The translations under genes were made by a program, and so were the position numbers. 64,000 nt of DNA from Lama glama (taxonomy: Eukaryota). The stretch covers positions 59,708,001 through 59,772,000 of the forward strand of contig CM052816.1 in NCBI GenBank assembly GCA_028534125.1, given 5' to 3'. Positions 1 to 12,513 of this stretch are shown here, one piece after another. Position 1 is the stretch's first letter. Each line of letters starts with the position of its first letter. Below the pieces are notes generated by a model. That model saw nothing but the letters and a program-made list of their open reading frames with translations, searched no databases and had not been told where the DNA came from.

Positions 1-1549
1 TTGACTGGCTGGAAAAAGGTTGTTTACTCAGTTAGACACTGAAGAGAACAGACTTCAGTGATAACTACTAAAGCTGCATTCATTTCTCACTATTTATTGC
101 ATTCTAAAAACCCTGCTAGGATAAAGGAGAGGAAAGGGTTTGAAATGGCTCTGCCTTTCTGATTAAGGACTTGCTCAAGGGAACTTGCTGTAGTTGAGAC
201 CTCAGCATCAGGTCTAGCAGCTGCTGCCTTTATCATATGCGGCAATGTGAGTGAAATAAAATGGATGGGAACTAAACTCTGTAAGCAAGGGATATTATTT
301 CTGTCATTTTTGGCTACCAACAAAATGCCACGAAAATTACAAAGTAATAGCTACCACTGGGAAAAAGAATAAGAAATAAAATAAACTTTTTCTGCTTCAG
401 GAAAAGCTTTCCATTCTGTTTACTTTTACAGGGCAGTACAAGAGCTTTCTGTGGGTCTTGGCACCTGACGTCCCATAAACAATCATTTGTGTACATGAGG
501 AACCCAAATGTGTGCTGTTCCTGGGGTCTCCATCCTTCACCTTGACAGAATCAGAGGAGTTATAATCATTTATTTTATATACATCAAGTGCCTCTTTTGT
601 CAGCAAGAAATCCAGTTACATGGACAGTCTTCAAAAAAGCAGCATAAGCATTTTTAAAATTCAATCACACCTTCTGAGACTCAGCCTTTCTTGCCTTTCT
701 CCCACTGGCCCCCAAATACACCACACAAACTTGGCAATGACCTGCCTTCTTGTTGCTCAAAGCACAGGCAGGATCCTACAGAGAGAGAAAGCTCTTGCCC
801 AATTAAGATCGCAGTACTGTACATTCAAACCCTGTTGAAAATTTAAAAAAAGAAAAGGCCTCAGGTGGCAGTGCCACATTTAATATTAAGTTTCAAGGGC
901 TTTTCCTACTTTGCTTCAGGGTTGAAATCTGTAGGGTCAGGACAGGACCCTGATGGGGGTAGGGGAGGGGAGGTCCTGGAGTTGTCTGTCTGGAGCCAGG
1001 AAGGGACTATAGACTGGGACAAAGACTAAACCAGGGGCAGAAGGGGAACAGTGATATAGAGAAATGATTGTAAACTCACTGATTCGGTTCAATTTAGGTT
1101 CTGATGAGTCCACAGATGAGAAAACATACTCTGAGAGTGGTGTGGCTCCCTTGGCCTGCCATTTATCTCTGCGGAGCCAGTCGCTGGTCAGTGTTTCAGA
1201 CAACTGGAGAGGGAGTTGCTTCATTAGGCCCCCAGACAATAAGAAGATGAGATTATAAGTCCCTCTAGGAGAAACAACCCTTCCTGTACTTTATTTTTGG
1301 CGTCAGTGAGGGCCCTGTAGAAAAGCCTGAATCTCCTTATTTCTAGTGTTATGTCACGTCTAGTGGTCAGCGTGGTATTCTATTTTGGAAAGGAGCAGGA
1401 AGACGAGAGGTTGAGAATAAAATGTAAATATCTTTGAAAGGGCTCTCGCCATGAGATGCTCAGACAGTTCCTAGGTGGGCTATAGTGGGTGTTTTCGTCA
1501 GTAGATGACAAGTGTCTGAACTCTATGGAAAAAAATAACAATTTTCCAG

Positions 1550-1745
1550 CAGGAAACTGTAGATTCAAATTCTGGTTCTGCCATTTTCTAGTAGCAAGAT
1601 TTTGAGCACATCCCTTAGCCTTTTGAAAGTGGATTTTGCTCATTTATTAAATAAGGATAATACATGTTTGCCTTGCCTTCTCATCTGCCATTCCAGAAGG
1701 TCAAAAGAGAAATGAAAGGGATTTGTAAATACAATGCAAAGTGTG
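1550..1745 (+). mobile_element. MIR SINE, diverged
   Basis: Core resembles MIR: agattcaaattctggttctgccattttctagtagcaagattttgagcaca...ctcatttattaaataaggataata. Confidence 0.7.
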
Positions 1746-3244
1746 AAATGAATCCATTCACTCAGCAAAGATGACTTGATCAAGATGAATTAAGCAGTCT
1801 TCAGCTCTCAAAAATCAAATAACCTAATAATCATCCAATCATGTGCTTGTTTATAGGGGAGAGCACACCCACTGAGGTCTGGGGGACCAGGGGTAACTGA
1901 TAAACGATGCCAGAGAAGCAATTTTTGAAGAAAGGGCAATACAACATGTTTTCATGCCATGTCAGGTGTTTTAAACTCATCTTAAATGTGCTGCCCCAAA
2001 CCAAGTGTAGGAGCTAAGTGGAGGGTTGGGATGGCTTCTACTAGAGGCAAAGCAGTGCCCATGCTGGCCATGTCCCTTACACCAACTCAGATGAGAGACT
2101 GAGACCTTGGTTCCCAGGCTTCTCGTCTATTTTCTAAATATCAGCCTTTCTTTCCTCATTTTCACTTTCTAGGAAGTCCAATAAGGAAACAAATTGAAGG
2201 TGAGATTAAAAAATTGCATGTTTTCAAAGGGAAATGACATGGCCTGATCGTTTTGTTCTAATGATTCTCACTTCCAGTATGAAAATACAGATGTATTTAA
2301 AATTGTCTGAAATGTGACCACTCTTTAACATTAGTATACAAATGTGTGTGGTGGTTCTAAACTCCCACCTGCTTAACTGTGAAAAGACCAGTCCTACAGA
2401 CCCCTCTCTGAATATTTCCAGGAATCCAAGGGGAGACTCATATGCCCCACATTAGACTTTGCCATTTCTTGCCAATATTGGTCAGGCAAACCAGAGCTTT
2501 GGAGTCTTTGAAGTTAAAACTCATTTTTAAAACTGTGTTCTTATTGTACAGCCACTTTCACAGAGCTGTAAATCCATGGTTCCCATTCACGATGCCTGTG
2601 GTGGAGAAACTGGATAGCAATGAAACTCCTGGGGATGGAGACCTTGCCGCTGCTCTTACAAACTTACAAGGGGACACTTCAGTTTTAAACTTAGCTTTGT
2701 ACTGGGCATGGGTCCTCAATAAGGATACTTGAGTCTCAGTAGCCACAGTTATATTTAATGTTGCATTTCTTTCACTGGACACACACACCTTTCTTCCAAG
2801 TGAGCAAATACTAGGGTTCCCAGATCAAGATGACTTATGGTGTCTTTTTTCTTCATATTTAACCTGGAACATTCACTCTCCTACAATGCTCAAGTTTCCT
2901 TCTGGTTTGGGTTCACTTTTTAAAGATTGCCTTCCCTTGCTGGGGTCACCACAATCTAGCTGACACACGTGGTGACTGATTCCCAGTAGGTGGACAGACT
3001 TCAGTTCCGGGATGCTCCTCAGGCCCAGTGTCAATCAGTGGATGAAAACAGAATTGAGGGAGGTGGAACGTTGCCTTCCTCCACTCACCAGAACGGGGAG
3101 AGCCCTAGCCCCAGCCTTGCCAAGGCCCTGTTACTGTTCTCTGACCACCACAGCTTTGTTTTTGTTTCTTCGATGTGGTGAGTTCCTTTGGCTTTAAGGA
3201 CTTGGCACTTACTTGTCTTGAATCCTGTGTCCCCCTGCTCACCA

Positions 3245-3455
3245 CTCAGGCCTCAAGCCTCAGCTTAACTGTCACCTCCTCAGAGAGGAATCTTCTCAGC
3301 CAGTCTCCTGTATATTGCCCTCTGTATCACTTTCTACAGTCTACATCCTTACTGTTTCCTTGTTTCACAGAAAAACCATGAGAATGGTAGCCTGGCCTGT
3401 CACTGCTGGACCCCTGGGCCTGGCACGGTGAATGGCAGAAAAATCAGTAAGCAGA
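3245..3455 (+). mobile_element. L2 LINE 3' fragment
   Basis: L2-like motifs ctcagcttaactgtcacctcctcagagagg and gggcctggcacggtgaatggcag. Confidence 0.65.
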
Positions 3456-3464
3456 GTCAACAAT

Positions 3465-3705
3465 GATGGAACACTGATGATTTGCCAAGTATTACGCTGA
3501 GTCCTTTCACATGTACTAACTTGTCTACTCTTAAACACAAGCCCAGGAAGTAAGTACTACAAGGCTACGTCTTTCTGTAGGAGGGAAACTGAGCCTGGAC
3601 AAGTGTAGTGACTGGTGTAAGGTGCAGAGCTAGTAAGTGCTGGTGCTGGGATGCAAACTGTGCAATCTGACTGCAGAAAGCTCTTGCGTTTTACTACTGT
3701 GCCAG
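3465..3705 (-). mobile_element. MIR SINE
   Basis: Antisense MIR core gggaaactgagcctggacaagtgtagtgactggtgtaaggtgcagagctagtaagtg. Confidence 0.75.
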
Positions 3706-3969
3706 ACGGCCTCCTAAATTACTGTATTTTGATAGTCACATTGCCCTCTTACAGGGACAAAGCAAAAGAACAACATCCTCTGCTTACATTCACATGTGAG
3801 AACATGGCCACCTTGACACAGAGGGGACATCTCTAGAACACTGATTCTAGTAGAAGATATACGCGGGCAATAAACTCCTCTGGGGCACTGGCCTTGCCAT
3901 ATATTAAAACCTACTACTTATATATACATCTAACCTCATGAACCCCAATCCCTTCATTAACACATCTGT

Positions 3970-4155
3970 GTTAGAACATGAATGTGAAAAACACTGCCTG
4001 GGTTCAAGTCCTGACTCCGCCACTTACTAGATGTGCAAACTTGGGCAATTTAATAAACCTCCCTGTGTCTTTCATAGGATTATTGTGAACATTAAATGGG
4101 TTACTACATGTAAACCACTTAAAACATTCAATAACTATTAGCAATTATTGTTAAT
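3970..4155 (+). mobile_element. MIR SINE
   Basis: ctgcctgggttcaagtcctgactccgccacttactagatgtgcaaacttgggcaa is close to the MIR core. Confidence 0.85.
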
Positions 4156-4182
4156 ATTTGCAAGTCTTCTTCATGTAACTAA

Positions 4183-4375
4183 TTTTTTTTAATTGAAGTA
4201 TCATCAGTTTATGATGTATTAATTTCTGGTGTATAGCATCATGATTCAGTGATACATATATATTCATTTTCATTTTTTTTATTATAGGCTATTACAAGGT
4301 ATTGAATATATAGTTCCCTGTGCTATACAGCAGGACCTTGCTATTTATCTATTTTACATACAGTAGTTAGTATCA
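4183..4375 (-). mobile_element. Cetartiodactyl-type L1 3'-UTR stub with TSD
   Basis: Poly-T, then attgaagta...gttccctgtgctatacagcaggaccttg...tttatctatttt. Flanked by catgtaactaatttt (4172-4186) and caagtgactaatttt (4374-4388). Confidence 0.85.
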
Positions 4376-4389
4376 AGTGACTAATTTTC

Positions 4390-4560
4390 TAACACTATCA
4401 TATTTGACTTCATTGAACCTCTCAAAAGCCCTTTGAGGCAGGTACTGTAATGATCCCTTTTTATAGATGAGGAAGCTGGAGCTTAGATGGGATCTTAAGA
4501 CCCTGGCCACCTGCCAAGCACAATGGTCAGGTCCCATCAGTGGACTTCCACAGTCCAAGC
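4390..4560 (-). mobile_element. MIR SINE
   Basis: aggtactgtaatgatccctttttatagatgaggaagctgga resembles antisense MIR. Confidence 0.65.
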
Positions 4561-5819
4561 TTTACATGATTCTGCCTCTCCTCGTTTGCTTCTAAAGATG
4601 GTCCTGTTAGCACAGACCAAGGTCATAATATGGCCTCAGCACCTTTTTCCTTTGCAAAAGTTACCTCTGTATTCATTAGACTGTGGAAAAAAACCCACCT
4701 ACTATTTCCCCCTCTCTGCAGCATGACATAAATGTCCTGGGTCATCAGAAGCATCAAAAGATGTTTCAGCCCCAGCCTTTAAGACCATGTGCACAACTTC
4801 TTTCTAGAACAACGGGTCACTGGTAGCCAGGGGACAGTCCTGCAGTCCTCTCAGGCTTTTTCCCTCCTCGTGACTCAGCCTTCTTAGTTCTCGTGTATGG
4901 ATGGCGTATGTTCTGATATTAAAACTGATTTCTTTTTCTCACTCTGTCTGTGTGTATTATGCCTGGTGCTTCTTTAATAATCACTGCCACACTGTCACCA
5001 GTTCCCTCTGTACTTAAAGCCTCTTTCTTGTTCCTCACACACCAGGGCAGCAGCCTGCCCAGACTTGGGAGGGACTAGGGAGAGATTTTTTTTTCTTTGC
5101 CTGTGATACATTATTTCCTTTCACCAGAAAGCGATTCCTCCAATGCTGTCTCCTGGGGACACGTTGCAGCTCTCGCCTGGAGCTGCCCTGGTTCCTTGGT
5201 CTGGGCTCATGTACGGCTCTAATTCAATTTATAATGCAGTTACATAACTGTTCCCAGTCTCCAATTGACCTTGATGTCAAGCAGCGGTCAAGTTGTACCA
5301 GCCCAGAGAAAGGAGGAGGAATCTCTGGTCAGCCCTTGAGAACATTTTAGCTGGGGTTCTGGAATGGAATGTGGCACTGAAAGGCCAAACCAGACCAGTA
5401 AATTCTTTGGAAGGGTGAAAAGCAAGGGTTGTTGATTTTTGTAAGATGGAGGCTGTTGACTTTCAGGGCAAGCCTGTGTCACTCAGGACTATGGGAGCTG
5501 TCCTCTTACCAAAGAGAAGGGGGCTGTCTTCTCTCACCATGGATTGCTGTTAGCAAACGAGCCTTTTGGCCTCACGGGAAATGCTCTGAGGAGTGTCTTC
5601 AGCTTGGAAACCTCTCAAGGACAGACTTTCAGCACATTCTTTTCCAGAGAGCCCTGGTTCTACTCAGTTCTCAACTGTGACAAGAATAACTAAATTTTGA
5701 TTCTTTTGCTTCTGGTCTTAATAAAGGCAGGAAAGACAGGGGTTTCAACATGAAAACAAAAATACAAAGTAAAGGCTGAGCAAATCAGTCAAAATCAGTA
5801 AAATTTGAGAAATTCCATT

Positions 5820-5915
5820 GTATGAAAGCTCTCTGAGAGCAAGGATCTGTTTATTTTGCTCTCTGTTAGATCTTCACACCACAGAGGAGGCACTCAGAGA
5901 ATATTTGTGGAATGA
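5820..5915 (+). mobile_element. L2 3'-terminal fragment
   Basis: aagctctctgagagcaaggatctg...aggcactcagagaatatttgtggaatga is a typical L2 end. Confidence 0.65.
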
Positions 5916-6220
5916 TGTCTCGCATGATGCATAATATGATTTATGGATAGTGGCAAGTTTTTCTACTTTATTTGCCCAAGACTATCACACCAGAGGTTTT
6001 CAGAACTCTTAAGTATTTTAATCATGTATATATTTGTGGAAATATAAAGTTCAATATTGTAAAATTTTTACTTATATTGTAAGTATATATACATATTATA
6101 TATATATAAATGACCATTAACTAGGGACTCATCTGTGCTCAGCACACTAGTAGATGGTGCCTAGGTTTAGAGGATTTGCTTTAAACACAACTTGTTTAAA
6201 CGGACTGGCTCCCTTCCTAG

Positions 6221-6397
6221 CAGGACTGTCTTCATGGATGAAGCCTTGTTTAGCTATGCAGGACCCCTTCCTTAGAAGGGCCTCCAACTTAAGTTTAATA
6301 CTGTGTTGTCGCCATCTTGAAATTCTTAATAGTTTTTGAACAGAAGGATCCCATTTTCATTTTGCACTGGACCATGCAAATTATGTAGCTAAGGCTG
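6221..6397. mobile_element. MER91A-like hAT (Tip100) MITE
   Basis: gtcgccatcttgaaattcttaatagtttttgaaca...ttttcattttgcactgg...aaattatgtagc, with cag...ctg termini. Confidence 0.8.
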
Positions 6398-7184
6398 TCA
6401 AAAGTACAGAGAAAGCTAGTGTACAGAAATACCATTTAATATCACCTATACGTGCTAAAAGCCCTTGGTGAGGAAAAAAAACAGCTGCTTATTGAACAAG
6501 CCAACTGCTAGGATGATATACATATTGAGAAAGGAATAGTCTTCTATTACAAACCATTGAAATATATTAACTGATCTATTTCTAACCTTACTAATGGCAG
6601 ATGCATGACACATTGTATGCTTTGAAAAAGGGTAATAAGGAAAATAACTCGTGAATTCACTGGTGCTTCTCTGCCATGAACTGGCAATCTCTGCTTTAAC
6701 TATCTTTACCAACCGAAATTCTACCAATTCTTCTGCCAATTAAATATTCTGAAGTCATCTCTACTGCTGACCTTTATCTTTTCTTACAACACAAACCTCT
6801 CAGTTCCCAACTAACCCCTATTGCTTAATCTGACACATTTCAGTACTTGGTCAAAACCAATTTGGGACTTTAATACATGCTATCTAGTGCTTTGAAAAAA
6901 GTGTTTCTGCATCAAATTATTTTCAATATTTTGCTTCCCAGAAAACATAGATATGGTACTACACATAACGTTAATTTTTCTAATAGCCCCTAATTGGGTT
7001 AGGCACATACAGCCACTGAGTAAATATCTAATTAATTAAATTGAACTAACTAGCAATTAGTAATTTCCTGGGTACCATCCATTAACATACACATAACTAT
7101 TTTTGAGTAAAAATAAACTTTCTCAAGTTGTTTTTGCTTTCATAAGTTTTTTAAGTTGTCATGTAGCCTACACATGCTGCTTGT

Positions 7185-7400
7185 ATAAAAATGAACTCAC
7201 AAAACAAACAAACAAACAAACAAACAAAACATAACAAAAACAGACACAGAAAGAGAAAACAAATTGGTGGTTGACAGAGTAGTGACAGGTGAGGGGACGA
7301 AGGAAGTCCCATTTTCCATTTCATAAGATATCAAATCACTATACTGCATATATGAAACAAGTATAATATTATATGTTAATTACAACTCAATGACAAAAAT
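7185..7400 (+). mobile_element. L1 3'-UTR fragment with (AAAC)n
   Basis: cagacacagaaagagaaaacaaattggtggttg and gaaacaagtataatattatatgttaattacaactcaat. Confidence 0.6.
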
Positions 7401-9499
7401 TCAATTCTTTGTATTTCCAAATTAGGGAACTGAAGAAATTTTAAGAAACATAAGCCTTTGAAACAAATAGAGATAGTCTTTGGTAGATTTTGTTTTCCCC
7501 AGATTTGCCCCCAGTGTTCCCGATTTTAAATCTCCCAATTTCAAAGCATGCCAACTGCTCGGGCCTTGCTTGGCTGAACCATTTAACCCCCATTGGCATC
7601 TCATAAAGTTTCCCCTGTTTATAATTTCAAAGGATATTTTATGATGGTTGGATACTTATTTATTTATTAAAACGTCAAGTTACTCAGTGTGCTGGCTGAT
7701 CACAGTAGCCTAATTCTCATGCACATCTTGATGCAAAGCAATGGAGTTATTCCCTGAAGTCAAGTTGGGGCCAGATCCTCACAGCCAGATAGTTATTAAT
7801 TGCTTTATTTTCTAGATAGGCATTTTTAGAAATATATTTTCTTCGCAGTGAAGAAAAAGTTGTAAAACTCTGCTTTCGCTTCACACTGAGCATAAGAAAT
7901 AGGCAAATGGAAAATAACGGGTTTCCGCAATGCTGTCTTGGCGGGAGAAGTATTTTTTTAAGACTCCACCTTTTTCTACATATTCCAGCAACACCAAACT
8001 CCTGTTTTTCATTAGTTTGATTCTTGTTAGCTACACTTTATTCCTCTCTGGGTAGAGGAAATCACAGATGGAGTACCATCCTATCATGGTGTCTGGGCAG
8101 CAAACATGTTCTCAAATTTGGACATTGATGGAGAATCTAACATTTAAACTCATACTATCTAATGCATCCTAGTGAAGGGAGTCCTCATTTATGCTGTCCT
8201 TTTCTAAAGAGGCTCAAGCCTTTTATTGTTTCTTTGTTTAAAAACAAAAAGCTAGTCCAAAAAACAAAAAACCCAAAACTAAAAGAACACAATGAAATAA
8301 TGAGTTACCACTTGTAAACAGGCTAAGTTCAAATAAATAATCCCTGAAGATAATCAACCTAAAGTGTTTAAATAGCTACCTATTTAGTCATGAAAATAAT
8401 TCAAACCCACATATACAGGCTAAATGAAACAATAAAATTAGGCTTAAAGGGAAATCAAGAAACATTTTAAAAGTAACTACACCTCCCATCATTTTTCACA
8501 AGGTCTGCTTTTTTTTTTAATATACAGAATTCATTGTCTTTGGGAAAATTTAATCCTTTATTTGCTACAGGCAAATGACTTCTTATTGTCAAGGTTTTCG
8601 AACTGAGATTCAGGGAGCACAGCTGGTTTCTCTCATGTCTTTCAGGTTTGCCTGAATTTCAAAACACAATTTGTCCTGTATTCAAAATGCAAAACACTTC
8701 TAGGAAATCTACAATAATGATTAATTGATTACACACTCCCTCTAAAAAGGAAGAGGAACAACAACAACAACAAAATTGAGGAGCTTGAAGGGACTGGTTA
8801 AAGCAGGTGATGCACTAGGATGTTGGAGCCAAGTGATTCCCAGACTCACAACCTTGAAAAACACATCCTTCTTTTCCAGTGAGCTAGGAGGCCTGAAGCC
8901 GGTTGAGCAGAGGAGGGTGACATGGAGAGGGAGCAAGTGTATTTGATGAAGGGAGCAGTGGTACAAATCTAGTGTGTACCCCTGACTATCTCGTGATCAG
9001 ATGTTTCCAGGCAACCATTTGGAAGGGTTGATAACTCACCCTTCAAGTGAGTATAAGTTTTCAGACACTGGTGTCACTGTGGGAAAATGCAAATTTGACA
9101 TTGACTAGCACTCTGAGATTTAGAGAAATTAAATGGATTATTAATGACCTTAAGTGAGAATTTATGAAATTCTCAGGACATAGTTTTAATTTATTTTAAT
9201 TAAGAGTGGTTCTGTCATATATTGTACAGGGTGCATGGGCGGAGTCCAGACTGTCAAAAAGTCAAACCCTAATAGGTTGAGCTATGACTTTAAATAGGGT
9301 GAACATTACTAGCCAATGTTCTATCCACTAGTAATGTTTTCAAAACCTTAAAACTATGGCTATTAAAGCCATAATAATGGAATATCTGGCCATGGAGGCT
9401 TGGACAGTCAGCTTTGGTCCAACCTAGCCTGACGTTCTAAGAATGCTCAGGCAAGTTAGGGCTTGTCAATAAATGAAAACCCAAGTCAGATTCAGGTAA

Positions 9500-10089
9500 C
9501 TGAGAATACTTGTAGGTGAGTATCTAGTATTCATATCATATATTCATTATTGTAAAAGATATAATTGAGGAAGAGAGGGATAGGACATCTAAGGTATGTG
9601 GGAGAAAGGACACAGGGTCCCCATGCCCTCACTGAGCACTCTGGTGCCCCAACACCTCCATGTGTTCAACAACCTGGAAGCTTTCCAAAACCCATCTTTT
9701 TGGGGTTATATGGAGGCTGACTTACATAGGCATGGTTGATTAAATCACTGACCACTGTTTGATTGAGCCTCTAACCTGCCTCCCCTCCCTAAAGGTTGAC
9801 AAGTCGGGCTAAATTACAACCTTCTACTCCCAGTTACCCCAGTAACTAGCCTTCATCTTTAGTGGAGCTTCAAAAGTCCCCTCACTAACATAAACTCAGG
9901 TGTGGTTTTAAGTGGCTTCTTAGACATAACAAGATACTCCTTTTACTTTTATGCTCTGAAGTGATCTCACGAACCGCAGACAAAAGACCAAATATTAAAA
10001 TGAAAGATGTTCCCAAAGAGTTTTAGGAGTTCCCAGAAATGGGATTAAAACTAAATATATGTATTTCTTATTATAAACCACAAATCACA
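9500..10089 (-). mobile_element. MER21-family ERVL LTR
   Basis: ccatgtgttcaacaacctggaagct...atggaggctgacttacataggcatggttgattaaatcactg; ends tttcttattataaaccacaaatcaca. Confidence 0.75.
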
Positions 10090-10140
10090 ATATATTAATT
10101 ATATTATATTGTATTATATTATATTATATATTATTTATTT
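10090..10140. repeat. (TATTA)n low-complexity repeat
   Basis: attatattatattgtattatattatattatatatt. Confidence 0.8.
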
Positions 10141-10548
10141 TAAAGACTAGATCTATCAATCATGCTAAAGAAAATCTTTTAAGCCAAAGTGATAACCAAG
10201 TTTCATAATTCACTGGGTGACAGTTAACCATACTTGCAGAAATATCTGCATCACTGAACTGGGCTGATAAGCTAAAAGCATCCCAGAAATGTTGGGGAAA
10301 GAGGAAGCAGAATATCCTGTGAGGAGGGAGATGGAATCAGCTCTGGTTTATGCAGGAGCTGACGAGCTCTGCCTCACCGGGGCAGGGAGCTCTTACGGAG
10401 AAGCAGGGGCTCACTAGACGGTTCCCGAAGGTCAGAATGAAGAGAGAGCACACTCCTATAAGGTTGAGACAATTCTCTCTCTGTTGTGTGGTGTTTTTCA
10501 TATCCTGGGACCATTTCATAGGCTAATTTTAAAATTCTTTCCTGTTGA

Positions 10549-10811
10549 AATCTTATGGTTACCAGCAAAAGGGGGTGGGAAGGGATAAATTTGGGAGTTT
10601 GAGATTTGCATATGTTAACCACTATATATAAAAATAGATAAAAAAAATTTCTTCTGTATAGCACAGGGAACCATATTCAGTATCTTGTAATAGCCTTTAA
10701 TGAAAAAGAATATGAAAATGAATATATGTGTATATATATGTATGACAGGGACATTATGCTGTACACCAGAATTCGACACATTGTAACTGAATATACTTCC
10801 ATTAAAAAAAA
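10549..10811 (+). mobile_element. Young camelid-type L1 3'-UTR stub with poly-A and TSD
   Basis: atggttacca...gggataaatttgggagtttgagatttg...gtatagcacagggaacc...poly-A. TSD aaaattctttcctgttga (10531-10548) / aaaactctttcctgttga (10812-10829). Confidence 0.9.
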
Positions 10812-11676
10812 AAAACTCTTTCCTGTTGAGATCTATGTTTGTGGGTACCTACACATCACAAAGTGTCATAATTTTAAGGAAAATTTAAAAACCTTACAAA
10901 GCTCTTATGAGTGCCTTTGCCCCTAAAATAAGGTATATTGCGTTTTATAATAAAGAGAGGGTATGTGCAACTTGCACCTTACACAGAGACGAGTCACTGA
11001 GCTTTGGTTTTTAAAATGAAGAAAAAGAACTTGGAAGAAATCCTTTAAAAGGAGTAAGAACATTTACCAAAAAAAAAAAAAAGAAGAAGAAAAACAAATA
11101 ATGAAAAATTAACCAGATGACATGCAGTAACTCTGTGCTTAGTAAACAATTAATCATGGTGTTCAGGGGAGTCTGTCTAGCACTTGGCTTTCTGAGGTCT
11201 AAAAAGCAAAAAGACAAACAGAATCTTGGAGAACAGCAGGCTTGTCAGGTGTTTTTGTTTTTTAATAAAGGCACTGATGCACTCAGGATTCCCTAATTGA
11301 ATTCACAAAGCCAGGCAATATGTGGAAGTGTTTGTTACTGGAAAGCTATGTTAAGTATCAGAGCAGATTTTTGAAGCAAAGGTGTTTAAGGAAAAAAAAA
11401 CACAACTTAAAGAGGATTGTAGTCCAGTGGTGGAAAACCAGGACTTTTCCTTAATCCAGCTACTTAATGCAGCAAAGGTTATGATAATCACCAGACTGAC
11501 AGGTGATTTTGAATTTCTACTAGCTGTGGGTGGCTTGTCAAAAAGGTGCTGGAAGTGGACTGTAGGTAAAATGAGCCTGCAGAGAAGTATAGAGCGATAG
11601 TTAAAACTTCTAAGAGTCAAACTGCAAAGAAAAATCTCTCATGCATGGGAATTTTTTTTAACTTCTCCTCCTTAGT

Positions 11677-11830
11677 GGGGAGGGTATAGCTCAGGTGGCA
11701 GAGTGCATGCTTAGCATGCACAAGGTCCTGGGTTCAATCCTCCGGGACCTCTATTAAAATAAACAAACAAACAAATAGATAAGCCTAATTCCCTCCACCT
11801 TCCACTACAAAAAGAAAAACAAAAGAAGAA
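11677..11830 (+). mobile_element. Vic-1-type camelid tRNA-derived SINE
   Basis: ggggagggtatagctcaggtggcagagtgcatgcttagcatgcacaaggtcctgggttcaatcc (A box and B box), A-rich linker, cctaattccctcc, A-rich tail. Confidence 0.9.
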
Positions 11831-11941
11831 ATTTTGTTGTCACAAATACTCTTCATATTACTGCTCTTCATAGAGGTCATAGAGCTTTGTTGAGGTGATT
11901 TTGCACCACAATTCTAAGGCATTCCATCATGCCTTACTGCA

Positions 11942-11982
11942 CCTTACACCTTACACCTTACACCTTACACCTTACACCTTAC
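11942..11982. repeat. (CCTTACA)n heptamer microsatellite, ~6 units
   Basis: Five perfect units plus one partial unit, read directly. Confidence 0.95.
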
Positions 11983-12078
11983 TGAAGGCTTACTAAGTTT
12001 AAGTCCCTGTGCCTGACCCCAGGGGTCATAAGACACAGACCCTGACCTTCAGAATGGTGCAGACCAGAATTTAGTGAC

Positions 12079-12513
12079 TGTTACAGGTTTAACTGTATCT
12101 CCCCCATATTCTTACGTTGAAATCCCAACACCCAGAACCTTTGAATGTGACTTATTTGGAAAGACGATCATTGCAAACGTAATTATTTAAGATGAGATTA
12201 CTAGTGGGCCCTGATCCAGCATAACTAGTATCTTGTAAACAGGGGACATTTGGACACAAGCCATAGGGAAAATGCCATGTGAAGATGAAGGCAAAGTTCA
12301 GGGTGGTGCTTCTATAAGCTAAACAAGGCCGAAGATTTCCAGCAAATCACAGAAGCTGAGCAAGAGCATGGAACAGATTCTCCCTCACAGCCCTCAGAAG
12401 GACCCAACCCTGTCAATACCTTGATCTTGGACTTCAAGACTCCAAAACAAATCTCTGTTGTTTAAGCCACTCAGTGTGGTACACTGTTATGGCAGCCCTA
12501 GGATGCTAACATA
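12079..12513 (+). mobile_element. MLT1B-like MaLR solo LTR
   Basis: Starts tgttacagg; gaatgtgacttatttggaaa; gccatgtgaagatgaaggca; ggaacagattctccctcacagccctcagaagg; ends ttatggcagccctaggatgctaaca. Confidence 0.9.

Noticed and set aside
856..875. CTCF-like motifs (ggcctcaggtggcagtg; also near 1355, 24046 and 29055)
   Set aside because: Each has core mismatches or a gap and cannot be separated from chance without a PWM or ChIP data.
952..975. G-quadruplex gggggtaggggaggggagg
   Set aside because: Only three tracts of three or more G plus a GG, with no functional context.
1095..1135. Hammerhead-ribozyme-like core ctgatgagtccacagatgagaaa
   Set aside because: It has CUGAUGA and a weak 3-bp stem II, but GAGA instead of GAAA, and I could not build stems I and III around a UH site.
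3465..4560. Alternating-orientation MIRs as a dsRNA hairpin
   Set aside because: The copies are too diverged from one another for extended pairing, and MIR clustering is common.
11677..11750. tRNA gene (also at 20953)
   Set aside because: The tRNA-like head continues into a SINE body and A tail, so it is a SINE rather than a tRNA gene.
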